The notes under the pieces were generated by a model. That model saw only the letters and a program-made list of their open reading frames with translations. It made no database searches and was not told the origin of the DNA. This document shows positions 61,326 to 61,654 of a stretch of 61,654 nt of DNA, one piece after another (position 1 is the stretch's first letter; every line of letters begins with the position of its first letter). The stretch is from Candidatus Magnetominusculus sp. LBB02. Lineage in GTDB: Bacteria; Nitrospirota; Thermodesulfovibrionia; Thermodesulfovibrionales; Magnetobacteriaceae. Location of the stretch: positions 1 to 61,654 of the forward strand of contig JAKOEO010000012.1 of the NCBI GenBank assembly GCA_022321325.1. Reading direction: 5' to 3'. The position numbers and the translations under genes were made by a program.

Positions 61326-61654
61326 TCATAACACTGTCCTATATCTCAAACTTCCATGTGCATTGTTCTGATGTATTTCAAGTCCGTCAAGCAGCCAGTT
61401 TAGTTCTCTGCTCCCTATCTCCAAAGTCTTCTCTTTAGTGTCTGGCCACTTGAACCTATCCTTCTCAAGACGCTTCTGCCACAGACAGAAACCGTTTCTC
61501 TCCCAATAAAGTACTTTCACTATGTTTCTCCTGCGATTGCTGAATACAAACAGATACCCTGAAAATGGATCAAGCTCCAGTGCCCCCTCTACAAGCATAG
61601 ATAGCCCATTTATCGATTTCCTCATATCCGTGCTGCCTCCCGCCAGATACACAC
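61326..61654 (-). CDS. tnpB: IS66 accessory protein TnpB (5' end beyond window)
   Basis: TDMRKSINGL, LFVFSNRRR..VKVLYW, KRLEKDRFKWP. Confidence 0.93.
   Translation of the reverse strand, partial: VYLAGGSTDMRKSINGLSMLVEGALELDPFSGYLFVFSNRRRNIVKVLYWERNGFCLWQKRLEKDRFKWPDTKEKTLEIGSRELNWLLDGLEIHQNNAHGSLRYRTVL

Overview
Bacterial chromosomal window. The gene set (HQWRQP-type histidine kinases, B2-less PheT, gnnA/gnnB-lpxB, lpt-rpoN-hpf-rapZ) suggests an anaerobic/microaerophilic diderm, most likely Nitrospirota (Thermodesulfovibrionia/Magnetobacteriaceae-like); this taxonomy is inference only. Housekeeping blocks: tRNA-Val(GAC), rpmI-rplT-pheST, rnpB, rluD, pncC, lptCAB-rpoN-hpf-rapZ, partial T2SS gspIJKLM, gnnAB-lpxB-waaA, ligA, dacB. 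Most notable: (1) four eroded right ends of an IS1202/ISNCY-like element, each ending 16-17 bp upstream of a sigma70 -35 box in the same orientation, suggesting a promoter-targeting transposon; (2) a six-gene dual clock locus (receiver-KaiA-like + KaiB + ST-type KaiC, a pseudo-receiver kinase, then SS-type coiled-coil KaiC + KaiB) in a non-cyanobacterial context; (3) a nitrogen-oxide respiration cluster with an eNOR-type heme-copper enzyme carrying an unusual HFK in place of HFH, a reductive-type octaheme HAO homologue, two diheme cytochromes c and a cytochrome b/ferredoxin/MvhD fusion, preceded by CRP/FNR-like sites; (4) recurrent 18-bp promoter spacers and several apparently leaderless genes. 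Also present: two orphan ParA+partner pairs, an AT-rich two-gene cassette inside the T2SS operon, a cI/replication/DnaC phage relic, and a tandem array of secreted paralogues cut by an IS1380 element. No CRISPR array or rRNA was seen. All calls are from manual reading of motifs; no searches were run.
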